From IMG/VR virus record IMGVR_UViG_3300045988_138358: a DNA stretch of 64,000 nt; one strand, 5' to 3'. Of the stretch, positions 39,584 through 50,000 are shown piece by piece. Position numbers and translations under genes: made by a program. This stretch comes from a virus (taxonomy: Duplodnaviria; Heunggongvirae; Uroviricota; Caudoviricetes). A model generated the notes under the pieces. The model was not told where the DNA came from and made no database searches. It was given only the letters and a program-made list of their open reading frames with translations. The stretch's first letter is position 1. Each line of letters begins with the position of its first letter.

Positions 39584-39660
39584 TGGCGATGGTGGGTGGA
39601 TTCGAACCACCGACCGACAGCTTAGAAGGCTGCTGCTCTATCCTACTGAGCTACACCATC
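39584..39660 (-). tRNA. tRNA-Arg (anticodon TCT)
   Basis: Canonical cloverleaf, anticodon loop CTTCTAA, T-loop TTCGAAT, CCA encoded; 2 nt from tRNA-Thr. Confidence 0.8.
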
Positions 39661-40163
39661 ACTTGCCGGTTACGTCTCCGGCGAGGGCTTCCACCTCCGT
39701 ATGCTTTTCGGCGCACCGCGCCCTGGCTGCAATTCGGTAACAGGGGATGCACAACCCTGGCTTCCAGCGTGATTAGCGCCTTCAGCATGACGGGATATAC
39801 CCGTAACCAACAAACTTTCCCATATACCATCAAACAATGGCTGTTACGCGGGAGGGACGTAACAGGTAAGGGCGCTGACCAGAAAGACCTGACCCTTCTC
39901 ATTCATCTGGTTAATCACACCAGCGCCCTTGCCTGTTATGCCTCCCCGTTCCCTAATACACAGACGGGGACACTCTGCGGTCGATTTTTTGACGGGGGAC
40001 GACTCATACCCCGTGGCGTCTGGCTTCTTAGGCCGCTACCATCATCAGATCATCGTTTGCATTTACTTTAATGGTCGGTTTCTAAACCGCCGCAAAGCCG
40101 CTAACCATGACGAAAACCCTAAAAAAGCCCACCCGAAGATGGGCAAATACGCTACATCTCACA

Positions 40164-40242
40164 CAAGAAAGAAGCCGACTGCCTGAGCTGGATTCACTTT
40201 CAAATGCCCGCAGAAAGGGAACACAAGTCGGCTTCTTTCTTG
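40164..40242. repeat. perfect 17-bp inverted repeat with 45-nt loop
   Basis: CAAGAAAGAAGCCGACT at 40164-40180 and its exact reverse complement at 40226-40242. Confidence 0.6.
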
Positions 40243-40899
40243 ATGCGGCACTCTCTCCGCCCGTCACCGCTCTGTCTCGGTTGTCGCGTTTGCCACGCCA
40301 GCCATAACGAGGTTTAAAGTCTTTGCACGTTTCCATCACTCGACTGCCGTCTGTGGCTGTTCGTTGCAGCGGGGGTGCCTCCCCCTGGGGATATCCCCGG
40401 CCTTACCCCATTCTTTCAAGACACAATGCAAGGCCGCATCCGCATAGGTGCATTACCGCAACATTAAGGAGACTTAGGGCAAAAGGTAATCGCCACAAAA
40501 AAATCCCTATGCCTCCTTAATGTTGAGGATGTGCATTGATGATGATTCGATGCGGCGAGTCCCGTTACTCTCTGCCGGACCATCATCAATGAACATCTTA
40601 AAAAGACCTTCCGTGGCTCAACATGTCTTGTCGTTTACTCCGTAAAGTGCTCTCTCTGAAACCACTTTACGCACTAAACCTGCTGAACTTTGGCTTGCTC
40701 GGTGCCAAAGCGAATCCCTGTATGCATGTAATTTTCTAACACTTTAATTTGTTATTTGCTGGTGGGCGAACAACAACCAATAAGTGACTATCAAGCCCAG
40801 CAAGCGAAATGTGGCAACGCTCCACCAGCAAGGAAAATTCTAAGTTAAGTTACTCTCACAATCAATATGTTCGTTTGGTGAAATTAGATTTCTAACACA

Positions 40900-42106
40900 T
40901 TATTTCCCATAAAGATCTTCTACGCCCCCATTCTTCTTGTCCCATTCGTTAGCCCACACCCGGCAGGCATCAATAATTTCTTGACGACGGTCGCCCTGCA
41001 TAAAGGGGATGCTTTCATGAAAACTACTTGGGATACAGGCCACGCTGAATACGGTATCAAACGCAGTCTGTTTGATAGCTTCCAACGTCTCTGGGCGCAT
41101 TTTCAATTCATCGATCGGCGCATCCTTAGAGTCCATAATCCGGCGATGCAGGCGCGGGAAATCAGTCTCCAGGTACGCCATAATTTTATCTGCCAGGCAT
41201 TCGTCTATATCGGTATTCCAGTCCGTTTCGAAGCCGGGCAGGCGATAGTAAAGCGGCGTTCCCCATACTGATGGGATCACATCCATCGTCAGCAGGCGGT
41301 TGGTTCTAATTTGTTGATGGTAATTAGCCGTCAACAGAGCTTCACCACGCTGACCAGTCTCCGCAACCAGACCATGCGGGTACTCATGGATATAGGCAAT
41401 AGCATCCACCCCGTCATACATGAGCGGGAATGTCTCTGGCCTTTGTCCCATACCACAAGCGCGGTTCAGATCATGACCAAGCTGTGAGCACTCTCGTTTC
41501 AGCGTTTCAATAATGTTCTGCGCTGCTGCTAACTTTTTACGCAGTGTGACGCCTTCGCCTTGATACTTAATGCATTGCTGATTCAGCTCTGTTAAACGCT
41601 CTTTTAGTTCCCGACGCTCTCTTTTCAGCGCACGGTTATCCTTCTCCGCAACATCCAGTCGTTTTGACAGACTGGCTGGATAGTCTTTTTTGTAACGACT
41701 CAAATCGGCTTCTGCGGATTTGCGCAGTGTGTTTGCCTGTTCAAGACGCGCTTCCAGATTGCCGATCTCACTACGCATATTCGCGGCAAATTGATTAACA
41801 GCATTGCCAAGACTTTCAACTGTCGCTGATACGCCTGTGACTTGTGAAAAACGGATCAAGCCATCATTAACGGCTTGTTGATATTCCTCAAACTGATCCA
41901 CCAGCTTGTTGTAATCAACCGTCCCTTCCTCAAGTAGCTGGTTGATCTCCGCGACCAGGTTATCAGTAGTGGCAATGACGCTCTCATGTAGCCGTCTAGA
42001 CAGGTCATCCCCCGGATTCCGCTTTTGAATAAGGGCGATCTGTGTCCGCAGCGTTTCAATCGCGGCTGAGATGATTTCCAGATTAGAAGTATCAGTTTGT
42101 TGACTC
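40900..42106 (-). CDS. coiled-coil protein, unknown function
   Basis: About 400 aa; long N-terminal heptad-rich region; start at MSQQTD; operator-like motif just upstream. Confidence 0.5.
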
Positions 42107-42189
42107 ATTGCAGTTCCCATTGTTTTTGCAAAATTAGTTTTCTAACATATTTTATTAGTATGAGAACAAGATCGAAAGATGTGATAAAC

Positions 42190-42216
42190 AAAAAACCCGC
42201 TAATCGGCGGGTTTTT
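42190..42216. terminator. bidirectional hairpin terminator
   Basis: A-run, CCCGC-TAATCG-GCGGG stem, T-run. Confidence 0.6.
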
Positions 42217-42222
42217 GAGCGG

Positions 42223-42537
42223 TTATTGTGTCATTGCCTGGTAGATAAAATACACGATGCATACCGGTACGATAGCCCATTGCAGCAATGAAAGCAGCCT
42301 CATGGCTGTCATTGGAGTAACTCCGTCTACGTATTCCTTCTCTGACATTTTCCCTAACCAACTAACCGACAAAAGGGTCGAGTTCTCCCCCATTTCCAGC
42401 TCCCTGAGGGCTTCCCGGATTAAAGGCGCTGTTACCACCTTGCGGGCAGTGTTGAGCGTAATGCTCCGCGTCCTCCCGGCGTCATCGGCAAACGCCAGGT
42501 TCACATGATATTTTTTGCTCAATGTACAAACTCCCAA
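42223..42537 (-). CDS. hypothetical protein with C-terminal hydrophobic helix
   Basis: 104-aa ORF. Confidence 0.4.
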   Translation of the reverse strand: MGVCTLSKKYHVNLAFADDAGRTRSITLNTARKVVTAPLIREALRELEMGENSTLLSVSWLGKMSEKEYVDGVTPMTAMRLLSLLQWAIVPVCIVYFIYQAMTQ

Positions 42538-42719
42538 TCATCAGCGCCTGTACTTTCCGGGGTAATGTGAACCTTATCACCAGTGACAATATTCCGAGCC
42601 TCTATTGTTCCATTGCTGTGTTTCAACAACTCAACACACAATGGTTGCTGCCAGGAACGACGGCGAGCAACAACGTTAGCACCAGCAGGGATAAGTTCAG
42701 CCACGTTAAGTAAACGCAA
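42519..42719 (-). CDS. hypothetical small protein
   Basis: 66-aa ORF. Confidence 0.35.
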   Translation of the reverse strand: MRLLNVAELIPAGANVVARRRSWQQPLCVELLKHSNGTIEARNIVTGDKVHITPESTGADDWEFVH

Positions 42720-42733
42720 AACGATTTCTCCGT

Positions 42734-43225
42734 TTAATCAAGACAAACATATTCCGTGATAGCTTTTATGGCTTCAGCGGCACTGCGCGCCTCAAAGCAG
42801 TAGTAACCTGCTTCGGTGAGGCGAGTCATCCAGACGAGTTGTTCGGGAGTCAGGCGATTTCTCCCATGTTTCATCTCAATGCGCATTCCGTGGTATCCCC
42901 CACAAGCAAGGTCTATAGAAAGATCGGGATATCCCTTCTTTTGGCCCTCTGCCACCATTTTTATTGCCGTCCTTATGCCTCGCAGACCGCCGTTTGGAGT
43001 GGCGTGTGTATGCTCATACACATAGCGCATATTGCGATACAACCAATCCAGGACGCGTACCTGCTCGTAATGCTCATGGTTCCTTTTGATTAGATCTGGG
43101 TTTTTCTCCAGTTCTCTGAGAGCTGCGGCATGTGGTGATGTTTCAGAATATTCACTGCGACGCCTTCTTTTTCTCGCTATTTTTCTAACACACCCATTGA
43201 TAGTAAATAAGCGAAATAATAACAA
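42734..43225 (-). CDS. VRR-NUC domain nuclease
   Basis: KGYPDLSIDLACGGYHGMRIEMKHGRNRLTPEQLVWMTRLTEAGYY fits the VRR-NUC core; the 5' end is uncertain because the frame opens on TTG. Confidence 0.55.
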   Translation of the reverse strand: MLLFRLFTINGCVRKIARKRRRRSEYSETSPHAAALRELEKNPDLIKRNHEHYEQVRVLDWLYRNMRYVYEHTHATPNGGLRGIRTAIKMVAEGQKKGYPDLSIDLACGGYHGMRIEMKHGRNRLTPEQLVWMTRLTEAGYYCFEARSAAEAIKAITEYVCLD

Positions 43226-43364
43226 CTGCGTTAGATTTGTAAAACAAGAGAGATACTACTCAAGGCTGGGCTATATGCAACAGGTCGGATTTGCTTTTAG
43301 AGTAAAAAGTGACCTTAATCAACAAGGAGGGTAAATCGCATGGCATTTACCCAACTTGTTATTT

Positions 43365-43625
43365 TTAAAGGTTTATTTTATCCGGTTCGGATATTTCTGT
43401 GATTGTCTTGTCGATTGCGATCAACCACCCTTCATAGGTTAAATCATCAACAAGCTCTACCAGTTTGTCTTCTGTATGAGGGAAGTATACCCAGCTCCAG
43501 CTCGCTGGGTTTTCTGCTTTTCGCAGCGTAAAAACCTTCTTGTAACGGTGAAACTCAAGGACATACCCCTTCGATATGGAATATTCCTTTAGGTCTTCGA
43601 CCGTAAACCTACGATTCTTTCGCAT
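43365..43625 (-). CDS. hypothetical protein
   Basis: 86-aa ORF. Confidence 0.4.
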   Translation of the reverse strand: MRKNRRFTVEDLKEYSISKGYVLEFHRYKKVFTLRKAENPASWSWVYFPHTEDKLVELVDDLTYEGWLIAIDKTITEISEPDKINL

Positions 43626-43627
43626 GG

Positions 43628-44062
43628 CTACCCCATGATTCGATATTTCTCTATTGACTCGTCGTAACTTGTGTACACGTATGGCTCTGTATCATCAGCA
43701 TAAGGTGCGACTTCCAGAGCATGAACGGGATTGTATACCGCGTCATTTTCCAGGCGATCGCTCGAATACAGATGCCCAGCCAAAACCGTAAGCGCCGGGC
43801 GACTCATTTTGTAGATCTCTGCCACATCACTATCTACAACTTGTCCAAATGATATGTCGCCGCGCTCCAGCAATATCGTTTTGAGCGCGGGCCACCACGG
43901 ACCATAAAGGTGATAAAGCTGTGGATTTTTCTTCAGTCTTTCTACCATGCCATCAAGATAAACTGTCAGGTATTCTTCTTCACTCCTGCCATTGAGTGCC
44001 TGCGGCAAGATTTCCTCAAGGTAGGATTCCGTCGGTTTTACAGTGTCAATTAGTGTCGTCAT
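43628..44062 (-). CDS. hypothetical protein
   Basis: 144-aa ORF directly downstream of the giant gene. Confidence 0.45.
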   Translation of the reverse strand: MTTLIDTVKPTESYLEEILPQALNGRSEEEYLTVYLDGMVERLKKNPQLYHLYGPWWPALKTILLERGDISFGQVVDSDVAEIYKMSRPALTVLAGHLYSSDRLENDAVYNPVHALEVAPYADDTEPYVYTSYDESIEKYRIMG

Positions 44063-44098
44063 TCAAATTCGGCCCCGGTTGGGGCCGCTCCTTATCTG

Positions 44099-47000
44099 TT
44101 AGGCCGCATCGGCGATTATTTTACGCAGTTCATCTACCGAGTAACGCGTAGATACCATCCACGCCGGACGGTCAAAGTTCACATCAGCAACCGGGTTTGC
44201 TTCAAAATTCCAGAAACGCCCGCCAATCTTCTTAATCGCGTCTTTGGCGTTCCGTATTGTCGAGGAACCTGGCTGGTCGGCAATGAGATAAACCGCGCCA
44301 ACGTCTTCGCTGACGCTCCACCAGCGCCCGCGAACACGCGCCTTAGCGCGAATCGGCTTATCATTAACCACAATGATATAGTCATCATTCGCCGCTTCAT
44401 CAGCTCTGGCTTCAGCCACTGCCGCCTGCTCTTCTCTTTTGCTTTCAGCCTGCTCAAGCCTTTCCGCGATCTCTGATTCAGTGGCCCCGCCGTTTTTCAG
44501 CGATACATAGTCCTGCCACGTTGCCGATTTGAGCGCATCCGGCAACTCATTCACATAGTCGCCGTCTTTCAACTCACGGGCGCGACGGGTAGCCATTTCT
44601 ACCAGGCGATTAACAGAAACAGCATCAGCAAAATCGTCCTTACTAATGTGTTTTTCATCAAATGCATTGATGACAGCCCCCACCTTAATCCACTGTGCTG
44701 CTGGCGAATCCAGAGGATTATCGGCCTGAACAATGGCTAATTTCGCTCCATCGACACCATTATTAGCCAGCTGCTCCAATGCCGACCAGCCATCGGCATC
44801 GCTGAGTGATTTATATTGCTCAAACAATGCATCGCGCCAGGCCACCAGCGCAGCTCGTGTTTTCTCAATTTTCGCCGTAATTTTCGCGGCCTTCACCTGA
44901 TTAAACATCCGTTCAATGTCATCAGTGTTGCTAAAGGCTTTCATCCTGCCCTGGAATAAACGGTATGCCACCACGGTCTTCCAGAAAGATTCCAGCCCTT
45001 CTCCGGACGGTTTACGGAACAGGCTAAGAATATCTTCAGAAGTAACTTTATTAAGTGAGCGACCGGACAAACCACGCCCTGCCATCCAGTTTTCAAACTC
45101 CTGGGAAACATCATCCATCGTGGCCTGTGACCCCCATGCCTGCATTCCCTGGATGTAATCATATCCATACAATGCCTGGAGGAATCCCTCTCCGTCCACG
45201 ATATTCAGCGGGTTATCACTGGCTTGTATTTTTGCCACTTCACGCTTCAGCGCCTCATCGTTGCCATCAGGGTAAATCCACCGCTCAGGCGCTATATCCG
45301 ATGCTCGCCCGATTTTTTGACCTATTACGCCATCATAAGCCGATGACAGTGCAATCTGACCATCATCGGTGCGATAAGCCCAGTATTTAATAGCTGAACC
45401 ACCGCCCCATACTCTACCAGGCTTCCCGGCAGTGACATTCATTACCCCATTGCGAATAGCATCATAGAACTGATCGCGCGTAAGTGTTGTTGATAGCTGG
45501 TGGCATTGAACACCACGTGCAGCTGTTTCACGCGATTCTGCAACTCCCTCTTCAAAGGTTACCGATTCAATTATCAGGTTAAAGGGCAAAAATAATGCCG
45601 TCCCCGGAGAACGAGAGTAACGACTAGCCACATCCAGCCAGGATATGCGGCACGTACACCCGCCCCTTTCCGCATCAATGGCGGTAACACGAACAATTGC
45701 TGTCGTATTGTGATTCTCATCGATGATCGCGCGATAATGGCTGCCCTTGTGCAACAAGATATTTTTCTCAGTGCGTACATACTCCTGTGGGTTCTGCAAT
45801 ACATCGGCATCAAGCTCCAGAACCCCGGCTTTAATCGCACGTTCCAGATCACCACGAGAACGTTTCATAACGGTGTCAGCGTCTTTAGCTCTGGTGATCG
45901 CAAAGCGTAGCTCCCGCACACGTTTTCTGTAGTCTCGCAACTGTTCCAGAACATATTTCTGCCCGTTCCTGTTCGTCCCCGCTTTAATCAGGTCGTCAAC
46001 ATTGCGCTGGTAATGCTCTACCTGCTCCATCGCGCTTTTCAGTTCAGTCTCCATCATGCCGATATCTTTCCCGGCAGCATTCGCCGCTTTCAGGTAGTTA
46101 TCGAGAGCATTATTGGCTTCGCGTAGGGCTTTCAGTTTCAGACGTTCTTCACGCTCTTGCGCCTGACGACTCATGATTGCACGGCGTTCTTCCGGATTTG
46201 CCGCCAGCATAATGGCGCGTTCATCTGCGTCATCCGCATCACCATTGGCGATCTCTGACATGTCGGAGGTCATCACCATATTGATCCAGTCCTTCTTACG
46301 TTTCAGCGTATCCAGACGGAAGTCATCAAATGTGCCTTTGCCACAATAGTAGTGAACATTGACCTTTTCTTGTGGTGAGCCTACCCGAGCGCCGCGTCCA
46401 TTACGTTGGTCGATACTGGCAGGAGTCCAGGGTAGTGTCAGATGGTGGATATCGGTTGTCCCGATGTGCAAGTTAATACCTACTTCAGCCTTCTTGTTAC
46501 AGATTATGATGCGCGTGCGACCTTCGTTATAGTCGGCGGCAATACCTTCCATGCCCTCAAGGCCAGCATCATTTTTAGCTGAGAGATAATCCTCATATTG
46601 GGCAAGTTTGCTGTAGTAGGTTTCCCATGCACCTTCTTTGTATTCACCGTTTTTATTTGGCGTAGGTTCAGTCGGCTTATTCACCTTCTTCAGCTTGACG
46701 CCGCCAGCCTGGCTAACTGTCGTCGCATTGATAATGCCTATCTCCTGCTCCGGCATTTGCAGTGCACTGGCAATAATACGGCGCAGCTTCTGGTGCTGGG
46801 CTTTTTCATCAATGAAGACGATTTGTTTACCGTTCTTCAGACCTTCACGAAGGTTTTCGATCAGCGCGGCATACTTCGGCGGGATGGGGTGTGATACCTG
46901 CTGCATATCAATACCGGCAGCCGCAATGGCCTTCAGTATTTCAGCTTCCAGTTCAATGCCAGCACGTATTTCAACATGCGACGGATGTTCGCTAAAGGTG

Positions 47001-50000
47001 GTCTTCACTACCTTGCTGGTACGCGTACTGACCAGCCCACCAGCGCCATCTTCTTCGGCATCGTCTACATCATCTGCCACTTTACCGCCAGCTACTTTTG
47101 GCAGGGCATCAGCAATAGCTTTTACCTTGTCTGCAAGCTCAACGGGGAACTGGAATGTAATCGCACTGGCATACAGATCAGGATCTATAGCAACCTTATC
47201 CATGTCGCGGATGATGGAGAAGATGAAATCATCCGGTTTTTCGTTTGTGATATGCCCGTTTTCATCGACCGTCAGCGCATCTTTACTGCTTAACTCCTGT
47301 GCACGCTTACGAAGTTCTTCGTAAATGGCCTCTTGCTCTCCTGTCATCGGGATCTGCAAGGTATTCTCGACAATATCAGGGATTTTTACCGTCGCCCCGA
47401 CGTCAGCAGCAGTCTTCAGAGTAGTCCAGCGATGGAAAATACCACGCAGACCATCCAGGTTCTGGAAGCCCACCAGTCCCTGCTTCTCTTCCACCTCACC
47501 GGAAATTTTCTGAACCTGAACTGTGGCTGTTTTACCGAACACGCGAACGAAATCATCCGGCGTAACAATACCCATGCGCATCCACTCTTCCTGCGGAATG
47601 ACAGTAGACAGCATGTTGAAAGCATCAATCGGGCTGTTCACCAGCGGTGTTGCCGTCAGCATAACCACACCACGCCCGTTGTTGCGTTTCATCATGTACG
47701 CAGCTTTTACAGCCATGTCGCGGGCCATTTTGGATACTGCCGGGTTAGGCAAATATGCCAGTTGCCCCGCTTCGCGCCCGGCGCTAAAGGAGTTGCGGTA
47801 GTTATGCCCTTCGTCGGCAATTACGCTATCGAAGTTCATATCCTCAAAGTACGGGATATTCTGCTTCTTCGTTGTACCGGTATTTGCGGCCTGGTCCTTA
47901 ATCTTGTTCTTCTTCTGCGCGTCACGGTGTTTGCCAGATGCCAGGTCAAGACGCCCCATTTCCACAGCATTAAAGACCGCTTGCTGTGAGTTTTCCTCAA
48001 TGGTTTCTTCTCGTAGCGGGATAGACGCGAATTGCTCTTTTGTCATGATGACCGTTCGCCAATTTGACGACGGGATCATGTTCATGCGCTGAACGATAAC
48101 GGCGCTGGCGGACTCTTTCACAACATTTCTGGTAAGAGCCTGCCCGTTACTGTCGAGGCGTGGTTCGCCATTTTCATCAAGCACCGGCGCGGTCAGAATA
48201 TTTCCGCTGTCATCACGAACTTCATCCAAACCGATAAACATCATATTGGCGAAGGCATCAGCACTGTAGAAACTCTGTGCCTCGTGATACCAGTTCTGAT
48301 AAACCGCCTTCGGAACAACAATACACGTGCGTTTAGTGCGACCTGTTTCGAAGTTATACGCCTCAAGCGCAAGCGCGGTCGTGGTTTTACCCAGCCCGGT
48401 GCCAAATCCCATGATGCCGCGCCCATCTTCTGATAAGCGACGAACTTCTTCATTCTGATAAGTCAGAGGAATGCGCTTCCCACTAATCCCCTCCAGGCCA
48501 AGCGGTGCGTCAGAATGCGTAAACGGGATGAAGCCATTAAATGCGTCGTTATAGTCGCGGGCTATCTGATCAGCCTGCGGGTGAGTGCGTAACCAGTCGT
48601 TGAAGCTAATTTCCAGTTGAGCAATCTTATCCAGGTACTCGTTAGCGTTCTGCCCACGCGGTTTAATGCCGTTCAGGTAGTTTTCTAACTGGTTCAGGAA
48701 GCCGTCTTTATTGTTGGCCTTCTTGAACTCATTCCCGTTTTTGCCGTTTACGGTTCGTAGTTGATAGCCAGTAAATACCCCGTCCTTACCTTCGTAATCG
48801 TCCGGAGATACCAGAATGCCGTCCTCAACCTTAAGGTCGGGTTCTGTATACTTAAACTCGTCATAGCCTTGCTCTGCCAGGAACTCTTTTATCAAGCGGC
48901 GATCCAGCCAGCGGGCGTTCAGATTAACGGTGACTTTATTTAGTGGCGTGAAAATGCGTTTCTCTTCGATTTTCGCCAACTGACGCTCAAAGTTCGCTTT
49001 CTGCTCACCTGTTGACGCATCACGCCAGCCCACCAGCAATGCTGTTTTGGTTGCAATATCGCCGCTGGTGGCGCGGTCCATAGGCAGCAGGCAGCCATAC
49101 CCATCAATAGCGATATCATCAAATTTCGCCAGGTATTCCAGAGCAGCATCGTCGTCTCCTGGCAGTTCGCCAGCAAACGCCTCACGAAAATAGTCCAGTG
49201 TGATTGGATTAAGTGCCACGTCACTGAAAAGGTGGGTTACAACTTGTTCCGGGCGTGTAAAGTCAATACCGGCAGCACCATCCGTTACATCAAGTCGTCC
49301 AGCAAGGAGGTCAGAAGCAGAGCCGTCCTGTTTCACGTTGCCAGTGAAAGTCATCCAGTTTTTAGCGCCAGCTTCAGCAATCCCATTCAGCTTAATCGCG
49401 TGCGGCGGACCATACTTCGCAATTTCGGCTTCCGCCAGGCGCGCGGCATCAGCAAGTTCATCATCAACATTTTCCCCCAGATTACGCTTATCAAGCGCCT
49501 TGTTGATCAACTGCCCTATCAGTGCGCCGCGCATAACGCGTTCTCTGTCTTTTTCTCTCTGCTTGCCAGCAAAGCGAATCATTGCCGCTACTTCATCACT
49601 GATAACCGACGGATAGTCGGACGCGATCGCCGATATCTGGTCCCATGACAACGCCAGAATGCCATTTGTTGACTGAAACGCGATCTGCAGATCACCAAAC
49701 GTCGTAACACCATATCGATTTACATCAAGCGCGGAGGATTTGGTTGTCGCGTCCTTGACCCATTTCAGACCATCAAACTCATGCCAGATGCCGCCTACAA
49801 GGCGTTTATCGCCCACTTTCGCGCCCTGCCATGCCTGAGTAGTTACGCCAAGCAAATCCCAATTAATGCGGCTTTCAAAGCGGCGCGATAGAGCGGTTTT
49901 CATCGACTCATTGGATACACGACCGTCCTTTTTCACCACCAGGGTATTGCGGAAGCTGGTACGCTCCATATCGCCGTAAACAAATCGCTTCCCTTCGGTT

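Noticed and set aside
42140-42216. Possible plus-strand small RNA running from the operator-like motif at about 42140 to the hairpin terminator at 42190-42216.
   Set aside because: The motif more plausibly serves the minus-strand gene starting at 42106, and the terminator serves the minus-strand gene ending at 42223; there is no independent evidence for a plus-strand transcript.
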